DNA of 64,000 nt, from contig NC_086097.1 in assembly GCF_963921235.1 (NCBI RefSeq), positions 434,001 to 498,000 on the forward strand. Reading direction: 5' to 3'. Position 1 is the stretch's first letter; the number at the start of each line of letters is the position of its first letter. This DNA comes from Mobula hypostoma. Taxonomy: Eukaryota. The translations under genes and the position numbers were made by a program. The notes under the pieces were generated by a model. The model did no database searches. It was not told where the DNA came from and saw nothing but the letters and a program-made list of their open reading frames with translations. Shown piece by piece: positions 51,235 through 62,051 of the stretch.

Positions 51235-54200
51235 CCATAGAACCATACAAACTACAGCACAGAAACAGGCCCTTTGGCCCTTCTTGGCTGTGCTGAACCA
51301 TTTTCTGCCTAGTCCCTCTGACCTGCACACGGGACCATATCCCTCCATACACCTCCCATCCATGTATCTGTCCAATTTATTCTTAAATGTTAAAAAAGAA
51401 CCCGCATTTACCACCTCGTCTGGCAGCTCATTCCATACACCCACCACTCTCTGTGTGAAGAAGCCCCCCCTAATGTTCCCTTTAAACTTTTCCCCCCTCA
51501 CCCTTAACCCATGTCCTCTGGTTTTTTTCTCCCCTTGCCTCAGTGGAAAAAGGCTGCTTGCATTCACTCTATCTATACCCATCATAATTTTATATACCTC
51601 TATCAAATCTCCCCTCATTCTTCTACGCTCCAGGGAATAAAGTCCTAACCTATTCAACCTTTCTCTGTAACTGAGTTTCTCAAGTCCCGGCAACATCCTT
51701 GTAAACCTTCTCTGCACTCTTTCAACCTTATTTATATCCTTCCTGTAATTTGGTGACCAAAACTGAACACAATACTCCAGATTCGGCCTCACCAATGCCT
51801 TATACAACCTCATCATAACATTCCAGCTCTTATACTCAATACTTCGATTAATAAAGGCCAATGTACCAAAAGCTCTCTTTATGACCCTATCTACCTGTGA
51901 CGACACTTTTAGGGAATTTTGTATCTGTATTCCCAGATCCCTCTGTTCTACTGCACTCCTCAGTGCCTTACTCCTCAGTGTATGTTCTACTTTGGTTTGT
52001 CCTTCCAACGTGCAATACCTCACACTTGTCAGTATTAAACTCCATCTGCCATTATTCAGCCCATTTTTCCAGCTGGTCCAAGTCCCTCTGCAGGCTCTGA
52101 AAACCTTCCTCACTGTCTACCACACCTCCAATCTTTGTATCATCAGCAAACTTGCTGATCCAATTTTCCACATTATCATCCAGATCATTGATATAGATGA
52201 CAAATAACAATGGACCCAGCACTGATCCCTGTGGCACACCACGAGTCACAGGCCTCCACTCAGAGAAGCAATTCTCTACCACCACTCTCTGGCTTCTTCC
52301 ATCGAGCCAATGTCCAATCCAATTTACCACCTCTCCATGTATACCTAGCAACTGAATTTTCCTAACTAACCTCCCATGCGGGACCTTGTCAAAGGCCTTA
52401 TTGAAGTCCATGTAGACAATATCCACTGCCTTCCCTTCATCCACTTTCCTGGTAACCTCCTCGAAAAACTCCAATAGATTGGTCAAACATGACCTACCAG
52501 GCACAAAGCCATGTTGACTCTCCCTAATAAGCCCCTGTCTATCCAAATGCTTGTAGATTCTGTCTCTTAGTACTCCCTCCAATAACTTACCTACTACTGA
52601 CGTTAAACTCACCGGCCCATAATTTCCCGGATTACTTTTCGATCCTTTTTCAAACAACGGAACAACATGAGCCACTCTGCAATCCTCCGGCACTTCACCA
52701 GTAGACAGCGACATTTTAAATACTTCTGCCAGGGCCCCCGCAATTTCAACACTAGTCTCCTTCAAGGTCCGAGGGAACACCCTGTCAGGTCCCGGGGATT
52801 TATCCACTTTAATTTTCCTCAAGACAGCAAGCACCTCCTCCTTTTCAATCTGTACAGTTGCCATGGTCTCACTACTTGATTCCCTCAATTCCATAGATTT
52901 CATGCCAGCTTTCTTAGTAAATACAGACGTGAAAAACCTATTTAAGATCTTCCCCCATTTCCTTTGGTTCCGCACGTAGCCGACCACTCTGATCTTCAAG
53001 AGGACCAATTTTATCCCTTACAATCCTTTTGCTCTTAATATACTTGTAAAAGCTCTTTGGATTATCCTTCACTTTGACTGCCAAGGCAACCTCATGTCTT
53101 CTTTTTGCCCTCCTGATTTCTTTCTTAAGTATTTTCTTGCACTTCTTATACTCCTCAAGCACCTGATTTACCCCCTGTTTCCTATACATTTCATACAACT
53201 CCCTCTTCTTCTTTATCAGAGTTGCAATATCCCATGAGAACCAAGGTTCCTTATTCCTATTCAATTTGCCTTTAATCCTGACAGGAACATACAAACTCTG
53301 CACTCTCAAAATTTCCCCTTTGAAGGCTTCCCACCTACCAATCACATCTTTGCCAGAGAACTCTTGTACAGGTCCCACCTGCCCCAGAAGAGGTCCCAAT
53401 GATCCTGAAATCTGAAACACTGCCCCCTACACCAGTTCCTCAGCCACTTTTTCCTCCTCCAGAGCATCCTATTCCTACCCTCACTGGCACCTAGCACAGG
53501 TAGCAATCCTGAGATTACCACCCTTGAGGTCCTGCTTTTCAACTTCCTACCAAGCTCTCTATACTCACTGTCCAGGACCTCTTCACTCTTCCTTGCTATG
53601 TCATTGGTGCCAATGTGCACCACGACATCTGGCTGGTCACCCTCCCACTTCAGAATGTCATGCAATCGATCAGAGACATCCTTGACCCTGGCACCTGGGA
53701 GGCAACAAACCATCCTGGATTCTTTGTCACGACCACAGAACCTCCTATCTGCACCTCTAACTATCGAGTCCCCTATCACTACCGCTCTCCTCTTTTTCTC
53801 CCCTCCTTTCTGCACTGCAGAGCCAGACTCAGCGCCAGAGATCCGGCTACTGCAGCTAGTCCCAGGTAAGTCATCCTCCCCAACAGTATCCAATGTGGTA
53901 TACTTGTTGTTGAGGGGAATGGCCACAGGAGAACCCTGCTCTACCTGCCCTTTCCTCTTCCCTCGCCTGACAGTGACCCGATTTCCTGTCCTCTGCACCT
54001 TTGGCGTAACTACCTCCCTGTAGCTACGATCTATAATCTCCTCATTCTCCCGAATGATCCGCAGGTCATCCAGCTCCTGCTCCAGTTCCCTAACCCGGTT
54101 TGTCAGGAGCTGCAGCTGGATGCACTTCTTGCAGGTGTCGTTATCAGGGACACCGGAGGGCTCCCTGACTTCCCACATTCTGCAAGAGGAGCATTCCAAC

Positions 54201-54564
54201 ATCCTGCCTGGCATTCTCTCTGCGCTAGACAATCTGAACAAAAAACTTACCAGAACCTACCCTGGCCTCTGCCTGTTCTTGCCGAAGAAGCCTGTTGAGC
54301 CAAAGCCGTCCCACTCTGACTCAGTCCACTCTGACGATGGCCGCTGCATATGGTGGTCTGCTTTTTAAACCTTGGCGCGCTACGTCACGCGCCTGCGCAG
54401 TGCAGACCCTTCTCCCCGAGCAGTTCTTTAAAAAAAACCTTTTTCGACCCGAAATTTTTCCGCTCACTTCTTCAGCTACTTGCTTCGACTGAAACAAGAA
54501 CCGCTGAAATTTTCCCTTTTTAAACACTGGCGCGCACGTCACGCGCCTGCACGGTGCAGACCCT
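51235..54564 (-). mobile_element. Young near-full-length CR1 (copy 2, same family as 25604-29541)
   Basis: ORF1 53342-54241, RT 52052-53008 and 51232-52113. TGTTA TSD at 51230-51234 and 54565-54569. EN domain deleted near 53360. Confidence 0.93.
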
Positions 54565-56843
54565 TGTTAGATGAGTGGCAGTGCTTGGTTGAGTGAGAGC
54601 GACAGCGATTGGTTGAAAGTTTAAGTAGGCGGGCTGATGACAGTGTCAGAGCTGTCCGGTTCAATTATACCGTAGTGATAGCTGTCAGTCGTTTGAAAGA
54701 GGGGAAAAAGTTTTCAGTGTGCCTTCTCTGGCTAGGAGGGCAGCTAAATTGCTTGCAGTGCCAGGGGGATCATTTCAGGGGATCAGTTGTTCAGCTAATC
54801 AGACAGGTGCCGGGAAACTTAGTGGAGGGCCAGTGGGGGAACGGCTTGGGGTCTCTGGGGAAGCACGTTCCCAGCAATGTACCGATGAACTTCCGAAAGG
54901 AGAAGACCCTATTCCTGAAGGCTTAGAGGGACCACGCCCCAGGGTGTCGTTATGGATAAAGGGAAGCGATGCTAAAGCCATCCGCGACCCCGGGGCGCAG
55001 GTCAAGTTGTTGTACAGTTCGTTTTACAACCGGTGCCTGAAGCGTTTACCCTTGACAACCAACCGTAAGGGCACCGGAGACTTTGGGTACTAGTGCCAGT
55101 AGTTATCCAGAAGACAATGATTGGTTAGTGACCCTGGAGTTCATGGGGGCATTGTCTGGGCACCCAGCGTGTCGGGTTGCTTCTGAGAACGTGTGTAGCA
55201 GCCTTGGGCCGGTACCGGATTTAAACGAGAGCCGATTGTGGTACGGCCTGGGGAAAGTAGCTGAGGGTGAGACGCTCTTAGTAGACGCTCCGAACTACCA
55301 CAAGGGAGGGGAGTTGACCGCTGAAGACACCTCAGTGAGAGAGGTCGCGACGACTGGACCTTGGCGGCGTGGAAGATGAAGGCAGCATGTGTGTGGATTA
55401 TGCGACGTGGTTTAATGAGCTGAATCTGAGGAGTGGGTGTTGCCAGATCCCGAGGAGTGCGGCTGTCGAGCCGAAGATGGCCGTTATTAGTTCCCCAGGA
55501 TTCTTCCGATCCGAAAAGATGCCCAAGGGCATATCCGGAGCCCCTGCAGCCTTCCCGCGGGGCATGAGGAAGCCCATGGGGGAAGTGAAGGTGTGTGGAG
55601 TTTTGGTGTATGTGGATAACTGCCTGGAGCTTGGATTCGCCTGGGGGGACTATGAGGCGAGGCAAGTGGCTGAGCCCGGGCGACAGAAACGAAGTGTCAA
55701 ATGTGGAGGAATTTTTGGCCGGAGGAGCTTGGTGCAATGTGAGGAAAATGACCCGACATACCAGCTGAACTTCCTGGTGTTGGAACGGTGGTGGACCTGG
55801 GGAGGGAAACCCAGGTCGTCAATCCCAATGAGACCCAGGGGAGAGAGGGGATTTGCATTGCTGAACTGAACGCTCAGAAATGCAGGCCGGAGACGAAGTG
55901 TCCCTCTTGCGGGACGACCATTGCAGACTTGGAATTCACGCTCGTCAACATGGAGAAAGAGAAACGGAATTCCGAGCTGACACTGCGGTCATGTACTGAT
56001 GAATTAATCCAGCGGGACGAAACAATGACCCACCTTCGAAGGGATCAGCAGAAACTCAAGACGTCGATCCAGAAAAGATTGTAAGCCTTACAAGTTGGGG
56101 AAGATCAAGGAAGTGTTTCTGACTAAGGCCAACAGAAAACCGAGAGCCCAGGGAGGCGGATGCTTGAAAGGAATCTGAAGATGACTATCAACAGTTTAAA
56201 TGAAGTGGTAAAACTGAAAGTTGACCTGGAAGACGCCCTCAGGAAGAAACCACCGGAGGCTGAACATCCGTTAACTGCTGCTTTTCAGGTCAGGGTGGAA
56301 GAAGCTGGTGGGGTAACTGCGACCCAGATTGAGATGGCCAGGAACCCAGAGTCAGAACTGCTGTGGCTGTGGCGAGAGTTGAAGGAGTCCCCGAAGAAGC
56401 TGACGTCTCGACTGCAGGAGGCTGAAGGGGTAGCCCCGGCTAAATGTTTCAGTTTGGAGAAACTTAAACAGCAGCTACCGATCGAGGGAATGAGGAAGGA
56501 TATGGATTCGAAGGATGATGTGCTGCACATGTGGTACATGCTGCCTTTCGCTATCTTCCCCGTGATTGAGGAAGAGACCTTTGGCCCTTCTCCCACTCAG
56601 TCAGGTGTAGTGGGGAGGGCTAGCTGTGGGCAGTCTGGGTTACAGCAGGACCAGGAAGGAAAAGAAGCGGGGCCCCGGACACGGGACAGGGGGCTCCGAG
56701 TTGTAATGGTGGCCTGAGTGAGAGAGGAGTTGGCAGACATACCCGAGGTATCACAGTAGTGTCCTAGCCTTTAGGTTTTAGGTGAGGGGGTACGGAGGTC
56801 TCAGAGGATTAGGGAGCTCCCACATAGGTTGGCCTATGGACGG

Positions 56844-58249
56844 TGTTACGAGAATACACATAAAATTAAGATGTTTGCTGGCCTGGGCTAGCATCAGTGG
56901 CATCAGCAGTTGGTCTGCCACCTGCCTTCAGGGGAAGGAGAGATAAGGAACAATGGAGCAGCGTCTGGAGATGTGTAATGAAGGGACGGGGGAGAAAGAG
57001 CTGTCTGGAGTGGCTCCCCCTTTGAACCCTGAACTGTTTGAAGTGATGGACAGGCGATACCCCAGCAGGGGGATAAAAAGGGACAGGTTCGCTAAGACAG
57101 GGACACACGCCACCCGAGGTAACGAGACCCTGGAAGCGGTGCGCCTCTCACGAGTGGGTGAGAAGTACCAGACAACGAAAAGGGTGGAAAGGTACGATCA
57201 GCGGGAACCCGGTGTGTGTCCGCCCTTGCCTGGGTGCCGGGTTCACTGCAGAGGATCGACCACATCTGGAGGAGGGGTCACAGTCGGTGACCTCAGGTGA
57301 CATCACCAAGGACCCGCCCAAAAGTTGCTTGTGAGCAATTTCGCTGGTCTGTGAGTGAAGCAGTGTTCTGAATGATCAGTTGTTCCTGTACTCTCTCTCT
57401 CTCCCCCCACGTTGTCCCTCGCCATGGCAACGATTACTGCGAACTGAACTGGACTGAACTTTGAGTCATTTTGAAATTTGGTCATTTACCCCCTAGACAA
57501 CGATAGAGCTTGATTGATGCTGTTATAGAAACATAGAAAATAGGTGCAGGAGTAGGCCATTCGGCCCTTCGAGCCTGCACCGCCATTTATTATGATCATG
57601 GCTGATCATCCAACTCAGAACCCAGCCTTCCCTCCATACCCCCTGACCCCTGTAGCCACAAGGGCCATATCTAACTTCCTTTTAAACATAGCTAATGAAC
57701 TGGCCTCAACAGTTTGCTGTGGCAGAGAATTCCACAGATTCACCACTCTCTGTGTGAAGAAGTTTTTCCTAACCTCGGTCCTAAAAGGCTTCCCCTCTAT
57801 CCTCAAACTGTGACCCCTCGTTCTAGACCTCCCCAACATCGGGAACAATCTTCCTGCATCTAGCCTGTCCAATCCCTTTAGGATCTTATACGTTTCAATC
57901 AGATCCCCCCTCAATCTTCTAAATTCCAACGAGTACAAGCCCAGTTCATCCAGTCTTTCTTCATATGAAAGACCTGCCATCCCAGGAATCAATCTGGTGA
58001 ACCTTCTTTGTACTCCCTCTATGGCAAAGATGTCTTTCCTCAGATTAGGGGACCAAAACTGCACACAATATCTGTGTCTTAATTCTGTGCACATGTGTGG
58101 TTATCATTGTTGAACTGTTGCATTTATTATCCTTTCGATTACTGTGTTGCTTGTTTCTTTAATAAAACTTTCTTAGTTCTAGTACTCCAGACTCCAACTG
58201 AGTGATCCATTTCTGCTGGTTTGGCAACCCAGTTACGGGGTACGTAACA
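56844..58249 (+). mobile_element. Solo LTR nested in the Gypsy remnant, carrying a CR1 3' fragment at about 57525-58070
   Basis: TGTTAC...GTAACA termini, 4-bp TSD ACGG, AATAAA near 58160. Confidence 0.88.
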
Positions 58250-58378
58250 ACGGGCAGAAGGTCCACTGTTTGGGGAGCAATGTCACTGTGTGTATCGGGA
58301 TGGGCTTTGTGTCTGCAGGACTGGTTGGCGAGTTATTTAGAAGTCATGAGGACATGACTTTATTTGGTGGGGGGAGAG

Positions 58379-59047
58379 TGTAAGAGGTTTCTTCTTTTAT
58401 GTCACTGCGTAGTCTAATTAAAATGGCTTCTTTGTTATGTTAACTGCTGAGAAAGTCCTCACGCTAGCAGTTGTTTGGATCATGTTACTGATAAGAGGGT
58501 GAACAAACCAATTGGGATAGATGTTATTTTTTTTCTGTGTGTCTGTAAGTTAGTGTGACGTGTGGGTTTTTGGGCAGAAGGCGGGAGAGAGAGACAGAGG
58601 ATGAACCAGGTGCTGTGACAGACCCCGAGCAGGAGTCCGAGGTCCAGGGTGTTCGGCGAGGAGAGGAGACGGAGACGGACTCGTGTGGAGTGTCTGGTCG
58701 ACCACCGTTGTTGGTCCCAGGTGGCAGGTCGAGGTGGTCCAAGGGGTCGCAGGGTGAAGAAGGAGGGTCCTGAGCTCCAACTGTTTGTGCACGAAGAGAT
58801 TGACCTTTGATAAGTGTGGTGCCTCTTATTTTCCTTTTATATTTTATTCTCTATTAATTATATAGTTCAGTAACATATACAAACTGTAAAGCATTTAATC
58901 GTATCTGGTGTATTGTCTGTTATTCGGGCGGGGTTGGAGTACATCACACAGCATCCACATAAACTATTACCCGGTTTGGCAGGGCCGAGGGCTGCTTCCC
59001 CAGACGACAGCCAGCTGAGCGACCCTGAGGCTGGCCGGGGGGCTAAA
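58379..59047 (+). mobile_element. 3' LTR of the Gypsy remnant
   Basis: Starts with TG directly after the PPT and ends ggggctaaa (degenerate ...CTACA) where CR1 sequence begins. Confidence 0.7.
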
Positions 59048-59595
59048 GAAGTAAGACGCACTGGTCTATAATTTCCTAGGCAATCGCTACTCCCTTTCTT
59101 GAATAAGGGAACAACATCTGCAACCCTCCAATCCTCTGGAGCCTTTCCCGTCCCCATTGATGATGCAAAGGTTATCGCCAGAGGCTCAGCAATCTCCTCC
59201 CTCACTTCTCACAGTCACCTGGGGTACATCTCGTCCGGTCCCGGTGACTTATCCAACTTGATGCTTTCCAAAAACTCTAGCACATCCTCTTTCTTAATGT
59301 CTATATGCTCAAGCTTTTCAGCCTGCTCTAAGTCATCCCTACAATCCGCAAGATGCTTTTCTGTAGTGAATACTGAAGCAAAGTATTAAGTACCTCTGCT
59401 ACCTCCTCCGGTTCCATACACAGTTTTCCACTGTCACACTTGATAGATATATCACACTCTTATGTCTTATCCTCTTGCTCTTCATATACTTCTAGAATGC
59501 CTTGGGGTTTACCTTAATCCTGCTCGCCAAGGCCTTATCAAGGCCCCTTCTGGCTCTCCTAATTTAATTCTTAAGCTCCTTCCTGCTAGCCATTT

Positions 59596-59742
59596 TGTCA
59601 CATACCCCGTGACGGGTTAAAGAACCAGCAGAAATGGAAAGCACTTTGGAGTCCAGTATTGCTATTAACTAATGGTATTTATTAGTAACTACGCAATACA
59701 GTAATATAAATGCAGATATATCAAACAGGTTAGCAATGATTT

Positions 59743-59773
<31 letters not shown>

Positions 59774-60390
59774 AAATATATGAAAACCAAGCTTCTATGG
59801 GTAAATAGATAGTCTTATGATGATGAGTAAAGTTCAGTTTAGTTTGTGGTATTGAGTTGAGTAATGATGGAGAGAGAGAGAGAGGGAGAGATTTGAGTCT
59901 TCAGGTGAGCTGACGCCGTCGATCTTCCCATTGTCCTCCAAAATCCTTTAGAAGTCACCGACTGTGACCACAACAAAGGGGACCGTTCTTCTGTGGTGGA
60001 ATTATCAACCCAGGCAAAGGTTGGACACACGAATAACTCCCCACCGGTCATACCCTTTTCACACTGCGAGAGCCACTGATCGATCCTCCAAAATCTACCT
60101 TTTCTGTGGGCACAACAAAGCTCATTCAGTGTCCAAAACCATGTGTCTCCAGGTCTAACAGCTGACCTTCTGTTTATCTCACTGTGCTGAATACTAGCTG
60201 TCCATCAAGCAACTCCTCCCTTCTCTCTCTGTAAGAACTTGGAAGCTGCCAGTCTCCTTGTAGAAAGTATAAACTCACTGAGCAGTCTTCACCTCTCTCT
60301 CTCTTTTTAACAAGGTGTCTGTTGTTGAACAACTCTCTCTCTCTCTTTTCAAAAGCATGGTTCATAGGGGTAATTCAGAACCCCGTCACA
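59596..60390 (-). mobile_element. Solo LTR, same family as 5097-6083
   Basis: TGTCAC...GTCACA termini and collinear similarity to the first copy. TSD imperfect (attt/ttat). Confidence 0.85.
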
Positions 60391-61282
60391 TTATAATCTT
60401 CTAGATTGATATCATTGTATATTTTTTGAATCTTTAGTAAACTTTTCTTTTCTTTTGACTATATTTTCAACTACCTTATACACCATGGTCCCTGTACCCT
60501 ACCATCCTTTCTGTCTCATTGGAACATACCTATGCAGAACACTATGCAAATATCCCCAGAACATTTGCCACATTTCTTCCATACCTTTCCCTGAGAACAT
60601 CTGTTCCCAATTTAAGCTTGCAAGCTCCTGCCTGATAGCCTCATATGTACCCTTACTCCAATTAATTGCTTTTCTAACTTGTCTGTTCCTATCTCTCTCC
60701 AATGCTATTGTAAAGGAGATAGAATTATGATCACTATCTCCAAAATGCTCTCCCACTGAGAGACCTGACACCTGACCAGGTTCATCTCCCAATACCAGAT
60801 CAAGTACAGCCTCTCCTCTTGTAGGCTTATCTACATATTGTGTCAGGAAACCTTCTTGAACACACCTAACAAACTCCACCCTATCTAAACCCCTCACTCT
60901 AGGGAGATTAAAATTCCCCATCATGACAACCCTGTTATTACTGCTTACATTATTATTGTGTCTCCCTATCTGCTCCTCCATGTCCCTGTTACTATTGGGT
61001 GGTCTATAAAAAACACCCAGTAGAGTTATTGACCCCTTCCTGTTTAGAACTTTCACCCACAGAGACTCAGTAGACAATCCCTCCATGGCATCCACCTTGT
61101 CTGCAGCCATGACACTTTCTCTGATCAGCAGTGCCACACCTCCACCTCTTTTGCCTCCTTCCCTGTCCTTTCTGAAACATCTAAAGCCTGGCACTCTAAG
61201 TAGCCATTCCTGCCCCTAAGCCATCCAAGTCTCTGTAATGGCAACAATATCACAGCTCCAAGTACTGATCCATGCTCTAAGA

Positions 61283-62051
61283 GAGGGGTCCCCAACCTCT
61301 TTTGCACCGCGTTCCAGTTTAATATTGACAATATTCTTGTGGACCGGCTGACTGGAGGGGTAGGGGTTGTTCAAGTAGGGTTAAACTCACCTCAACATGC
61401 CTTTTACAGTTAGGGTTGCCAACTTTCTCACTCCCAAATAAGGGACAAAAGTAGCAGTGAAATCCCGGGACACTTTACCCCAGGAAAGACTACCATGACC
61501 ATGAAGCCTTGCGCGGGCACCTGTGTGCGCATGCACGTACGTGCTGATTTTTTTCCCCACAAATCGGTTTTGCCTTCATCTTCCCTACTACACTGTACAT
61601 CCATTATTTCTACTTCATATAGGTTGTGTATTTATCATATCATTCATGCTTTCACTATACGTTAGTGTTATTTTCAGTTTTATGTGTTATTTGGTCTGAT
61701 TTGGTAGGTTATTTTTTGGGTCTGGGAACTCTCAAAATTTTTCCCATATAAATTTAATGGTAGTTACTTCTTCACTTCACGCCATTTCGGCACAAAAGGT
61801 TTCGTAGGAATGCTCTACCTTAGCGGGGGAAATACGGGAGAATGGCAGTCCCATATGGGACAAACCAATTTAGCCCAATATACGGGATGTCCCATCAAAT
61901 ATGGGACAGTTGGCAACCCTGTGTTCAAGTTCAACAGTGCGTGACCGGGAACAAGGAAAGGTGCGGTTGACTCATATCGTTTCCTCGCGGCTCGGTAGCA
62001 TATGCTTTGCGGCCTGGTACCAGTCCACAGCCCGGTGGTTGGGGACCACTG
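61283..62051. mobile_element. hAT-type MITE (outer)
   Basis: TIRs gaggggtccccaacc / ggttggggaccactg. 8-bp TSD CTCTAAGA at 61275-61282 and 62052-62059. Confidence 0.88.
61376..61921. mobile_element. hAT-type MITE (inner) containing a Tigger end
   Basis: 8-bp TSD TGTTCAAG at 61368-61375 and 61922-61929. TIR tagggttgccaac / gttggcaaccctg. Confidence 0.8.

Larger units (their letters stand above)
51113..59047 (+). mobile_element. Non-autonomous, multiply deleted Gypsy LTR retrotransposon (gag/PR/RT remnants, PPT, 3' LTR)
   Basis: After removing the CR1 at 51235-54564: PNMA-like gag 'TPSGAQECETWAERISLLDEWQC...RQRLVESL'; protease 'IPEGLEGP...[13 protein letters not shown]'; RT 'MCVDY/WFNELNLRSG..QIP...GFF...MPKGISGAPAAF...VLVYVDN'. 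PPT ggggggagag precedes TGTAAG at 58379. Confidence 0.8.

Noticed and set aside
61376..61420. TAGGGTT motifs as additional telomeric repeats
   Set aside because: They are hAT terminal inverted repeat sequence, not tandem TTAGGG.
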